Shown here one piece after another: positions 17,590-26,388 of a DNA stretch of 64,000 bases; positions within the stretch are counted from its first letter, which is position 1; each line of letters begins with the position of its first letter. Origin of the DNA: a virus; the IMG/VR virus record IMGVR_UViG_3300032144_000005. One strand, written 5' to 3'. The notes beneath the pieces are model-generated. The model ran no database searches, was not told the DNA's origin, and saw only the letters and a program-made list of their open reading frames with translations. The position numbers and the translations under genes were made by a program.

Positions 17590-19421
17590 TAGAGTACGGT
17601 GATAAATCCGCCGGAAGCCACGCTCGTACCGGCAGCAGACTTAACGCGGATGGAGTAGGTGTGATTGCCAGCAGGAGGCGTGTCGTTGGCCGTCAGCTCA
17701 ATCGGGATGGATTGACCGGATGCAAGGACGACGCCGCCGCCGTTGCCGACAGAAGCGATAGGATCGGGCGAGCCGTCGCGGTGAATACCGAGGTAGCAGG
17801 TGGTCTGGGCACCACTGGCGTTGGCCAGAGACGCGCCCGAGAATCGGATGGTACGGGCAGTTCCATCACAAAATGCCGTCACATTAAGCGGCGGGGAAAG
17901 CTCGTGATAGACGATGTCGGAGTAGGAGCCGCCGCCGCTGTTTTGCGCGATGTACGCCGGGCCGGGCGGCAGGTTCTGAATCCACTGCGTGCCCGTCCAC
18001 CGGATGTACGCGCCGCCCGGATCACCCACGCGGAACTGGTGGTAGCCGCCTTCGTAGCCCAAGAAGATGCCGACGCCGCTCATCACGCCGGTCACGCCGT
18101 TGGAGATGATGGTGCCTGTGTTGCTGATCGTCAGGCTGCCGCCCGAGATGTTGCCCGCGATACTCAGGTTTGATCCGTCGAACGACAGCTTGTTGCCGAG
18201 CGAGAGCTGCCCGGCGCTGTTGACGTAGAACGGGGTGTCGCTGTTGTTGTAGTTGCCCGCTCCGATGAACACCTTGCCCGCCGTGCTGACGGTGAGCGTG
18301 TCGGCCAGCTTCACATTGCCACCCGAGATATTGAACATCACGACACCCGTGGTGCCGTTGTAGATTTTGAAGTTGGCGGCGACGAACGTGACGTCGGAGA
18401 TATTACCGCCGGGGCCGGAAGCCGACGTGATATTCATGCCGGTCACTACGTTGCCAGCAGCGACAGTCAGGGTGTACTTGCCAGCAAGGTTTCCGTCGGC
18501 AGCAGCACGGGTGTTCGACTCCTGTGTCACCGCTGCCGCCAGCACGCCGTCCTGCTGGTACACCCACGATGAACCGTTCCAGAACTTGTACCGATTCTGG
18601 TCGCCGGTATCCAGCCACAGGTCGTTCAGTTGCGGTGTCGCCGGAGCTGTGTTCTGAACAAGGATCTTGGTGCCGATGCTGGACGTGACTGAACTGATCT
18701 GGGTGCCAAGCGCATTGTCCGCGTTCACGCGAGCGGTCTGCTCATTCGTGATGTTCGTCTGCAGCGTGGTATCGGCGGCTTGGTAGTTGGCGTTGACGGT
18801 CGAAATTTGCGTCGTGAGAACCGAGTCAGCGTTCACGCGGGCTGTCTGCTCGTTCGTGATATTACCCTGCAGCACGGCGTCCGCTGCGATGTAGTCGGCT
18901 GTGACTGTCGTGATCTGAGAAGCTAGCGCGGAGTCGGCGTTGGTGCGCGCCGTGGTCTCGGTGGTGATATTCGCCTGCAGCACGGCGTCCGCTGCCTGAT
19001 ACCCGGTCAGCACCGCATTGATCTGGGTGGCCAGCGTGCCGTCCGCGTTGGCGCGCACGATGGCCTCGTTGGTGATCGCAGCCACGACGACGCCATCAGG
19101 GTTCTCCACCCACGCGAGACCGTCCCAGAACTTGTACTTGCCGCCGTCGCTCAGGTCGATCCACAGGTCGTTGATCGACGGGTTGGCCGGTGCCACGCTG
19201 CTGACCGAGATTTTATTCTTAACCCCAATCGTCGCGACGATGGTGCTGACATCGAAGTTCAGCGAGTCACTGATCTGGCCGATGCCGGTCTGCAGGTCGG
19301 TCTGGTAGCGCTTCACGCGCAGCCACCATTCGCGCAGCTCCTTGAGCGGCGGGTCGGCGATGAGCGCTGGCGACGGCAGGACGCCGAAGACACTCGGGCG
19401 TTTGTTCGGGAATGTGGTCAC
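17589..19421 (-). CDS. Tail protein resembling the coiled-coil/C-terminal part of host-specificity protein J
   Basis: 36-aa repeats ITNEQTARVNAD..L.TQI..V, two AP..P..NDLW.D....KY/RY.FW.G..W modules, and a GKYTLTVAAGNVVTGMNI..FVAANFKI segment. GTG start overlaps the upstream TGA. Confidence 0.65.
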   Translation of the reverse strand: MTTFPNKRPSVFGVLPSPALIADPPLKELREWWLRVKRYQTDLQTGIGQISDSLNFDVSTIVATIGVKNKISVSSVAPANPSINDLWIDLSDGGKYKFWDGLAWVENPDGVVVAAITNEAIVRANADGTLATQINAVLTGYQAADAVLQANITTETTARTNADSALASQITTVTADYIAADAVLQGNITNEQTARVNADSVLTTQISTVNANYQAADTTLQTNITNEQTARVNADNALGTQISSVTSSIGTKILVQNTAPATPQLNDLWLDTGDQNRYKFWNGSSWVYQQDGVLAAAVTQESNTRAAADGNLAGKYTLTVAAGNVVTGMNITSASGPGGNISDVTFVAANFKIYNGTTGVVMFNISGGNVKLADTLTVSTAGKVFIGAGNYNNSDTPFYVNSAGQLSLGNKLSFDGSNLSIAGNISGGSLTISNTGTIISNGVTGVMSGVGIFLGYEGGYHQFRVGDPGGAYIRWTGTQWIQNLPPGPAYIAQNSGGGSYSDIVYHELSPPLNVTAFCDGTARTIRFSGASLANASGAQTTCYLGIHRDGSPDPIASVGNGGGVVLASGQSIPIELTANDTPPAGNHTYSIRVKSAAGTSVASGGFITVL

Positions 19422-21301
19422 ACCATGCGGGTCACCGACCGCGTGCCGACGACGTCGTACTCGGCGAGATAGCCGGTGAGTGAAGGTTGCTCAACCGCAG
19501 CGGAGTCGATGTCGACCCGCATCTCGAAACGGTGATAGATGCCGCGCTGCCACATGGGAACAATGGTGTCGCCGCCGGGAGTCGGCACGATCTGGGTGGT
19601 GCCCTGCGTGTCAACAGCAGCGACGTCCTTCTGGTAGAAGGAAGTGACGGTGAGCGGGAACGCGCCGCTCACGGAATTATACAGCGGGACGAAGGTGCGA
19701 ATATCCTTCTCGTTGAATGAGTCGTTCATCCACAGGAGCCCCGTGTGCAGGTCGGCGCTCCAGTTGGCACTGTTGCGCTGCATGATCGTTAGCTCGCGCG
19801 AGGTGCGACCGTACACGTTGATCATCCCGTTCGCCGTGCCCATGATGAACCACGACTCGGACGGGTCGCCGAGCTGGCCAGCGAGCGGCTTGCGCACCGT
19901 GGCGGCGGATCGGAACTGCCAGTCGTTGTTGATCGTCGAGACCGTGTTATAGAGGTACGAGTAGCAGAGGGTCGTGTACTGGCCCACGCCGAACGGCAGC
20001 ACGAAGAAGATCTCCGAGGTCACGCCGTTGTCCACGGCATAGACCGACTTCAGGTCTGTGACATCGTAGTCCTTGCTGAAGAACTCGGTGAACGCGCACT
20101 TGAATAGCGCCTCGTCGATTGATGGCTCCAGTGAGCCCAGCTCGTATTTGTAGAAGGCGGTCGCTCCAGCGTACAGGTGGAACTGGCCGCGCACATTGAC
20201 CAGTGTATGCGGAAACTTGAGGCCGCGCTCGCCTTGGTAGGTGCGGTCGAACTGGAACGGAAACTCGATGTTGCCCGTGTACACGCCGACGAACAGGGAG
20301 AACGGGCGGTACACCACGAGCCGGTTCTGGAGCGGCATCATTGCCATGATGGCGGAGCCGTCATCCTGAATGTCGTAGTAGCCGACCACTGATCCGATGG
20401 CGTCGGTGTCGCTCATCGGCGTATTGGAGACCGTGGCCCCAAGTGGCGAGAGTAGCACGGCGGTCGTGCCCGCGATGGACACAATGTTGGTGACAAGGTT
20501 GCTGCCGAGCGTGCCGCCACCGACGATAGTCACTTCGTCGCCCGGCTGGAACGAGGCCATCGGCCAGTCGAGCGTGACCGACGTTGACCCCGAGGTGCCG
20601 CTGACGTTCACCGTCGCCGCCCAGTCGGTCGGGTCGCTGACGTTCGACCAGATGATGCGGTACTGGGTGCGGCTCGTGTTGGTGGCAGGCGACGGCACGA
20701 GTCCGTACGGGTCGCCGCTGTTCATCAGCGTGGACATGTAGTCCGAGTTCACCTCGGTAATGTCGCCGAACATGATGAAGCCGGAGTATTCGGTCATCAC
20801 GCCCACGCTGGCGACGCCGCGCTCGCGCAGCTCGTAGAGCGGGGTGACGGACGCATCGCCCACGCGCCAAGACACCGGCAGGTCCACACCGTTGTTGAAC
20901 ACCGCGTAACCGTTCAACTGCTCCATGTCCCAGCGCCGGATTCCGGCGGTCTGGAAACCGGAGCCGATCTGCACCCACAGCCCGGTGTCGTAGTCGAAGT
21001 ACCGGATCGTGCTGCCGACGACGGCCACGACCACCGTCTTGCCCGCCGGGCTGTTCACCTCGGCCAGAAGCAGGACCTCCTGACCTAGTCCGGTGAACGA
21101 TTGCAGCGCGGCGGCAAAGCCGGGGTTCGGCTGCCACAGGCCCCAGCCCTCGCGCACCACCATCGAGTCCAGCCGACGGCGCCACCCGCTGGCCACACGG
21201 AAGTCGTGTGGCGCGATGGAGTCGAAGGAGAGGTCGTCGCAGAGCGAGCCTCCCGTGACGTACTTGGCCTCAAGGGCACCAAATGGACGCTTGTAGGGCA
21301 T
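19418..21301 (-). CDS. Probable tail nozzle/head-closure beta-propeller protein (P22 gp10/T7 gp12-like position)
   Basis: 627 aa, beta-rich with WD/YD-like blades. Start reassigned to the ATG overlapping the upstream TGA (TGATG). Assignment is from synteny after the adaptor. Confidence 0.55.
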   Translation of the reverse strand: MPYKRPFGALEAKYVTGGSLCDDLSFDSIAPHDFRVASGWRRRLDSMVVREGWGLWQPNPGFAAALQSFTGLGQEVLLLAEVNSPAGKTVVVAVVGSTIRYFDYDTGLWVQIGSGFQTAGIRRWDMEQLNGYAVFNNGVDLPVSWRVGDASVTPLYELRERGVASVGVMTEYSGFIMFGDITEVNSDYMSTLMNSGDPYGLVPSPATNTSRTQYRIIWSNVSDPTDWAATVNVSGTSGSTSVTLDWPMASFQPGDEVTIVGGGTLGSNLVTNIVSIAGTTAVLLSPLGATVSNTPMSDTDAIGSVVGYYDIQDDGSAIMAMMPLQNRLVVYRPFSLFVGVYTGNIEFPFQFDRTYQGERGLKFPHTLVNVRGQFHLYAGATAFYKYELGSLEPSIDEALFKCAFTEFFSKDYDVTDLKSVYAVDNGVTSEIFFVLPFGVGQYTTLCYSYLYNTVSTINNDWQFRSAATVRKPLAGQLGDPSESWFIMGTANGMINVYGRTSRELTIMQRNSANWSADLHTGLLWMNDSFNEKDIRTFVPLYNSVSGAFPLTVTSFYQKDVAAVDTQGTTQIVPTPGGDTIVPMWQRGIYHRFEMRVDIDSAAVEQPSLTGYLAEYDVVGTRSVTRMV

Positions 21302-22380
21302 CAGGGCGGAGAGACTCGGCCAAGGACTGTGCTCCGGCGGCGAGTGCAATCCACCCACAGCATGCGGACACCGCGCGCATAGAGGGCGAGGTGCTGCGAA
21401 GCGTTGCGCGAGTCGGCGTTGAGGGTTTGTTCGATGTTGCCACGAATGTAGTGCGCCAGCGGCTCATGCGTGGGGAAGTCGAAGGTGACGTCGTCGGCGT
21501 CGAGGAAGTCCTGCTTGAGCCCGTTGTACTGGACGCGGACCTGCAGGTCGGTATCGGTCGGCTTGAGCGCCGGGTACACGTACATCTTCCGACCCGTCGG
21601 ATCGACTGTGTAGCAATGCGAATGACCGGGCACCTTGCGCTCGGTCAGCTCCGGGTTGTTGAGCCAGTTGAGCGCACCGATAGGAGTCCAGCCGACGGTG
21701 TTCAGGAACTTAAACGTCGCCGTGCCGAGCACTTCGTCCTTGCCGTCCATCGACAGGAGTCCGCCACCAACCACCGACACCGTGCCGGGGACTACGCAGT
21801 GATAGATGCGACCGTTCGAGATCACCTTGTCGTTGGCGAGATATGCCTGCGCCGCGAGCGCTGGATAGAAGCGGCCAATCTCCACGCTGAGCAGCTCAGG
21901 GTTCGAGAGCACCGACAGGTCGATGAACGAGGCCATGCCGACATTGGTGACCTGCGCGTTGGTGTAGTACGAGTAGTTGCCGATCTGGTAGCACATCACC
22001 TTGCGCTGGAGGTCCACGCAGCCCGCCTTGAGCAGCGCGTCGAAGATGACCTTCATGGCGTCGAGGTCATCCATTGCCTCCTGAATCCACTTGTCCACGA
22101 CGGCAGCAATGGCGGTGCGCTGTGAGTCCACCGTGATGCGCACGAGCACCTCTGGCTTCATGACGGCGAACGACACCGTGACGAGCGTGCCAGCCAGCCC
22201 GACCTTGTGCTCGTTCCACGAGTTGAAGTACGACTTCGAGCGCTCAAGGTCTTGGTTCACCTCGCGCTCGATCTTGTACTTCACGTAGTTCGCCACGGCG
22301 TCGTACTGCATCTTGAGCATCTCTGCCCCGGCGTCGTAGAACGCCTGCACGCCCAGTCGGAGTTGTGCGAAGGTGGCCAT
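21301..22380 (-). CDS. Probable head-tail adaptor/tail tubular protein A
   Basis: Starts MATFAQLRLGV, has central KMYVYP and C-terminal PLAHYIRG..LYA. Size and position precede the nozzle. Based on synteny only. Confidence 0.5.
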   Translation of the reverse strand: MATFAQLRLGVQAFYDAGAEMLKMQYDAVANYVKYKIEREVNQDLERSKSYFNSWNEHKVGLAGTLVTVSFAVMKPEVLVRITVDSQRTAIAAVVDKWIQEAMDDLDAMKVIFDALLKAGCVDLQRKVMCYQIGNYSYYTNAQVTNVGMASFIDLSVLSNPELLSVEIGRFYPALAAQAYLANDKVISNGRIYHCVVPGTVSVVGGGLLSMDGKDEVLGTATFKFLNTVGWTPIGALNWLNNPELTERKVPGHSHCYTVDPTGRKMYVYPALKPTDTDLQVRVQYNGLKQDFLDADDVTFDFPTHEPLAHYIRGNIEQTLNADSRNASQHLALYARGVRMLWVDCTRRRSTVLGRVSPP

Positions 22381-22383
22381 CGG

Positions 22384-22641
22384 TTAGTCCGTCGCCGGAG
22401 TAGTGGGGCGCTTATCGAGTCCCTTCTCGGCGAGGATGGCCGCGAGGTCGTCGACGTGGAGGCAGTCACACATGCAGGCGCCGCTTTGCTGGGCGGGAAC
22501 TGCGATGCTGCCGTTGCAGTAGTCGTTGCCGGGCGTGGCGTCGTGCAGGATGCCGAACGAGACGATCTTTGCCGGGCCGCTCGACGTTAGCTGGATGATC
22601 TTGTCCCCATTCTGGGCGGGGCGCCCGTTGCGATAGTGCAT
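22384..22641 (-). CDS. Small hypothetical protein (MHYRNGRPAQNGDKI...)
   Basis: Tightly packed ORF with typical codon bias; Cys/His/Asp cluster CMCDCLHVDD. Confidence 0.7.
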   Translation of the reverse strand: MHYRNGRPAQNGDKIIQLTSSGPAKIVSFGILHDATPGNDYCNGSIAVPAQQSGACMCDCLHVDDLAAILAEKGLDKRPTTPATD

Positions 22642-22643
22642 GG

Positions 22644-23108
22644 TTAAGCTGCCTTCCGACGGGGTTTGGTTTTGATCGGGGCCAGCCGGTCCTTCTCGTC
22701 GATGAAGGGTTCGGGGCTCGCGACCGCGCCGAGCGCGACGCAGTCCTTGGGTTCGAGAATCTTAGTCGAGGACGACTCCGGCACCACGGGCCTTTCCGCA
22801 GACACCACACCCACGACCTCGCTCAGGGTCGGCCCCCGCTGAGCGGGCTGGCTTGATGCTTGCGAGGGAGTCGAGCTGGGAATTTTTTTTTTACGCTCCA
22901 GTTCCTTGAGGTACTCGCCCTCCGTGATCTCGGAGACGCCCAGCTTTTTCGCGATGGCAGCGAGCACGAGTTGCAGCTTCGGACCTTCATCGACAGCGAC
23001 TACGCCGAAGAGGCGTCCGCCGAATATCCCAGTGGGCTCGAAGGTGACGGTCGTCGCGCCTGAGATCAGCGGCCTATTGGCCATCTCGCTATGGAAGTAC
23101 CTTGGCAT
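22644..23108 (-). CDS. Hypothetical structural-operon protein; N-terminal domain paralogous to the C-terminus of the GT-like gene; internal A10 run
   Basis: Manual alignment YF-x11-G..T[IV][ST]F[KE]P..GG..[WF]GV..G[IV]..EY; T10 on the plus strand at 22883-22892. Confidence 0.75.
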   Translation of the reverse strand: MPRYFHSEMANRPLISGATTVTFEPTGIFGGRLFGVVAVDEGPKLQLVLAAIAKKLGVSEITEGEYLKELERKKKIPSSTPSQASSQPAQRGPTLSEVVGVVSAERPVVPESSSTKILEPKDCVALGAVASPEPFIDEKDRLAPIKTKPRRKAA

Positions 23109-23109
23109 G

Positions 23110-23433
23110 TTAATTCCTTTTTGCGAAGCCGCTCCGGTGGCGACCCTTCTCTACACAATCGCGCGTGTTTTCAGAGGCCGTTCCTAGCCACAGGTGGTCG
23201 GGGTGGATGCAGAGCGGCGTGTCGCACTCGTGGCAAACCACCATGCCATCAGGTATCGGGCCGTGCAGAAGTTCATATACCACGCGGTGGCAAAGATGGG
23301 TGCGGCCTTCGTGGCGAATCTGACCGTAGCCCCTTTTTGAGCGCAGTCCGGTCCAGATCAAGCACTCGCCATCGACCTGACATTCATCGGCAAGTCGATG
23401 ACCAACAGGCTCAGTTAGTCGTGGCATCACCAT
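23110..23433 (-). mobile_element. Free-standing HNH homing endonuclease
   Basis: CLIWTG..GYGQI..HRVVYEL.HGPIPDGMVVCHECDTPLCIHPDHLWLGTASEN; lower GC3 than neighbours. Confidence 0.9.
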
Positions 23434-23470
23434 GCGGACCTTCTGGGGCCTTCACCAAAAAATGCAACCC

Positions 23471-24490
23471 TCAAGCCTGCGCGAGCAGGGCGTTGTACTC
23501 CTCCTGCGGCACGCGCTTGATGCCAAACCTGCCCTCGTGGTCGGTGAGAAGGTACTCCTCGAACAGGCTCTTCGGTCGGTACACTCCCCATGCGGAGCCG
23601 CCCGGCCCGAGGGCGCAGGGCTTGAAGCTGATCGTGACGTGCCCGAGACGGAACTGGTGCTGGCTGCCAAGGACGGCGAAGTAGGCGGATGGCGAGACAG
23701 ACTCGGCGAGGAAGCGCGGGTACTTCAGCTTGGCCAGCGTGTTCATGAACGTGCTGTCCTTGTTCTGGTGGAACAGCGCGGTCTCCGGCTTCAGGATCGT
23801 CAGCAGGTTTTTCTCGTCGAAGACTGGCGGGCGCCATACGTGCTGGATGGAAGTGCACCGCGACATCTGCGGGATGATCTGCGGGCCTGCCCAGATGTCC
23901 CATGGCTGGCCCATCATGCCCGCGCTGGGTCCGGTCTTCGGGCCGGGAGCGGTCACGCTGTCGACGATTGCCGGAGCCAGCTTGCGCCAGTTGTGCGGGT
24001 ACACCGCATTGCCGGACATGTGTGGTGAACTCTTCTCGACATACACCCCCATGAAGGGCTTGCCCAAGGTGACGTACTCGTCGGCGATCTGGTCGAACCA
24101 GCCGGGCTTCGTCGGGATGGCATCGGGCTCGATCCACAGGACGGAGCGACCGGGGAACTCCCGCTCGCAGAACTCCAGCGAGCGCTCGAACAGGTGCGAG
24201 GCGCTGCGCGGGTAGCCGTCCTCACACTCATCCGGGCAGGTGGTGACGGTCAGCTCGAAGAACTCCGCCGACCACTGCGCGATCTGTCGCAGCTTCTCGC
24301 GCTGCGCGTCCGTCACGCGGCGGCTGGTGAAGATCACCAAGTGGTCGCCCGCGCACATGCCGCCTTCCTGCCGCGCGAGGAACACAGCCCACGTCATCCA
24401 TATTCGCGCCAGCCCAAAGTCGCGGTGAGATACTCCAAGAACGGCAACAGGGCGGGGCAGCGGCTTCGGCTTTTTCACGTAGTGCAACAT
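23471..24490 (-). CDS. Putative GT-A-fold glycosyltransferase-like protein with extra C-terminal domain
   Basis: beta-strand LWIEPDAIP (DxD-like, EPD), followed by GWFDQIADEY..GKPFMG..HMSGNAVYP. Lies immediately downstream of the capsid gene. Confidence 0.55.
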   Translation of the reverse strand: MLHYVKKPKPLPRPVAVLGVSHRDFGLARIWMTWAVFLARQEGGMCAGDHLVIFTSRRVTDAQREKLRQIAQWSAEFFELTVTTCPDECEDGYPRSASHLFERSLEFCEREFPGRSVLWIEPDAIPTKPGWFDQIADEYVTLGKPFMGVYVEKSSPHMSGNAVYPHNWRKLAPAIVDSVTAPGPKTGPSAGMMGQPWDIWAGPQIIPQMSRCTSIQHVWRPPVFDEKNLLTILKPETALFHQNKDSTFMNTLAKLKYPRFLAESVSPSAYFAVLGSQHQFRLGHVTISFKPCALGPGGSAWGVYRPKSLFEEYLLTDHEGRFGIKRVPQEEYNALLAQA

Positions 24491-24510
24491 GTGCAACGTG
24501 CTGCATTTCG

Positions 24511-24546
24511 GTCAAAACAAAACCCCAGCCCTTTCGAGCTGGGGTT
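24511..24546 (-). terminator. Intrinsic terminator after major capsid gene
   Basis: Minus strand AACCCCAGC-TCGAAAGG-GCTGGGGTT followed by TTGTTTT. Confidence 0.85.
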
Positions 24547-24597
24547 CTATGCCGAGACCGACGCAGCCGTGACACTGCGTAAGTATCGAAGGTTGGT

Positions 24598-26259
24598 TTA
24601 GCTCTCGTACACCGGGCAAGGACCGGCGCTGAGGATCGGGCACTCGGAGCTGAAGTTCTTGGCGATGAGGTGGCGCTCAGGGCGGTACACCGCAGCGGTC
24701 CAAGTGGTGGACTCCAGCTTGTACGTCTTCTCGTTCATCGCGATGACGCAGCGGTAGTCGCTCGGGATGACCTTCGGGTCAGGGAAGTTCCGGGTGACCG
24801 AGGCCGTCTTGGCGATGCCGATGTCGATGTCCGAGTAGTCGAGGAACCACATGTAGCGGTTCGCCGACTTGTGGGCATCGGGCGTGGCGAGGAGCAGGTC
24901 GTTGAAGAACGGGTCCGACACGACGTCCAGCTCGACACCGGCTTCGTCGAAGTCGTACGTGTTCACCGACAGGCCGGAGGTCTGGGAGAACTTCTCCGCC
25001 GGACCCTTGCCGATTTCCTGCGTGTAGGTGATGCCGTACTTGTCCTTGTAGTAGGCCGCGAAGATCTTCTTCACGCCGTTGGCGGTCGCGCGATCCGTCT
25101 GGGCCGGGATGACCTCGACGGCGTCCGACTGGCCGGACGTGGACTCGCGGTTGCGCTTGAGGTTGTACAGCGACTCGGAGAGCGAGTCGAAGTTCAACGG
25201 GGCGCCCGCGAAATCCGTGATGCGCGAGCACTTGGCGAGCTGGTACTCGATGCCCTCGGCGTTCGCCTTGTACTCCAGCACGCAGGTCGGGTCGTCGATG
25301 TCAGTGACCTCGGGCAGCTTGCCCGGCCCCTGCCAGTTGTTGACGTCCTGATACTCGTTGATCGGCTGGCCCTTGAAGATCGAGGTCCACCACTCGTCGT
25401 AGTAGATCTTGGTCTGCTGCACGAGCTGCTCCGAGTACGGCAGCATGTTGAAGACCTTGAAGAACTCGTTCATGTTCGGAGCCTGAATCGCCTTCAGGTA
25501 CTCCGAGGAAACAACGTGCGCCTTGCGGCTGGTCTGCAGCCAGAAGAAGATCAGGTTGTTCGGGTTGTTGATCGCGTTGTTATTGCACCACTGCTCGAAG
25601 TCCGAGATCGAGTTGGCGCCGGTCATGATCATGCCGCCCGTCGGCTGCCACGCTTCCTTCTGCGTGGGCGTGTAGCCCGCGAAGGTGGCGGAGGTGACGT
25701 TCGGCTCGACGACGACCGTGGCCTTCGGGTAGGTGACCGTGGAATCCACGGCGGAGATCACCTTGAAGGCGGAGTTCACCGCGACGCCCGTGCCGGAGAG
25801 GAACGTGACGAAGATGTACTTGCCCGCGATGAAGTAGCGGTCGATGCGGGGGAGCACGTTCTGCCACGGCGACGCCGTGTTCACGACTTCGAGATTCCAG
25901 CGGTAGCCGTTGTTGTCGGAGCCGGACTCGATGGTGAAGTAGCCGGAGTTGACCACCGTCTTCTGCCGGTACGGGACGTACGGCGCGATGATGGACTTGG
26001 GCTGGCCGATGTTGATCTGGGAGATCTTCTGCTTAAAATCGCGGAGGCGACCCTGCAGAATCATCGAAATGGGACGCTGGACAACGCCACGCATCCCGGC
26101 CTCGGCAGCCTGAGCATAGACCCGCTGAAGGTCTTCTTGGTCGCCGAGTGCCGCGAACTCGTCGGGGGTCATCGCGATGGCGGATGCACGGGTGAACGAG
26201 CAGCCGGAACCGTCACGAATGTTGACCACCTTCGGGAGACACTGGTTGAAATAAGCCAT
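24598..26259 (-). CDS. Major capsid protein
   Basis: 553 aa from MAYFNQCLPK. Follows portal and scaffold, has very strong codon bias and is flanked by terminators. No family match could be confirmed by eye. Confidence 0.7.
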   Translation of the reverse strand: MAYFNQCLPKVVNIRDGSGCSFTRASAIAMTPDEFAALGDQEDLQRVYAQAAEAGMRGVVQRPISMILQGRLRDFKQKISQINIGQPKSIIAPYVPYRQKTVVNSGYFTIESGSDNNGYRWNLEVVNTASPWQNVLPRIDRYFIAGKYIFVTFLSGTGVAVNSAFKVISAVDSTVTYPKATVVVEPNVTSATFAGYTPTQKEAWQPTGGMIMTGANSISDFEQWCNNNAINNPNNLIFFWLQTSRKAHVVSSEYLKAIQAPNMNEFFKVFNMLPYSEQLVQQTKIYYDEWWTSIFKGQPINEYQDVNNWQGPGKLPEVTDIDDPTCVLEYKANAEGIEYQLAKCSRITDFAGAPLNFDSLSESLYNLKRNRESTSGQSDAVEVIPAQTDRATANGVKKIFAAYYKDKYGITYTQEIGKGPAEKFSQTSGLSVNTYDFDEAGVELDVVSDPFFNDLLLATPDAHKSANRYMWFLDYSDIDIGIAKTASVTRNFPDPKVIPSDYRCVIAMNEKTYKLESTTWTAAVYRPERHLIAKNFSSECPILSAGPCPVYES

Positions 26260-26311
26260 GGGGATTAACCTTGTTGAGGTTGGCAGCAGTATGCCAGAGA
26301 CCATGGCTCCC

Positions 26312-26349
26312 AAAAAGAAAACACCCTCAACGATTTACCGTTGAGGGTG
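26312..26349 (-). terminator. Intrinsic terminator between scaffold and capsid genes
   Basis: 11-bp stem CACCCTCAACG/CGTTGAGGGTG followed on the minus strand by TTTTCTTTTT. Confidence 0.8.
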
Positions 26350-26388
26350 CCTTTCCGTTATGAGCTAACACTGACGAACAGGTGTTCG

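Noticed and set aside
17589-19421. Evidence for a long non-contractile tail
   Set aside because: No tape measure, major tail or chaperone genes lie between head and fibre modules; ejection-protein genes occupy that place.
19418-21358. ORF-track starts for nozzle, capsid (26313), E1 (44509), DnaC (59347) and several small genes
   Set aside because: The extensions overlap upstream genes or terminators; internal ATGs with stop/start coupling were preferred.
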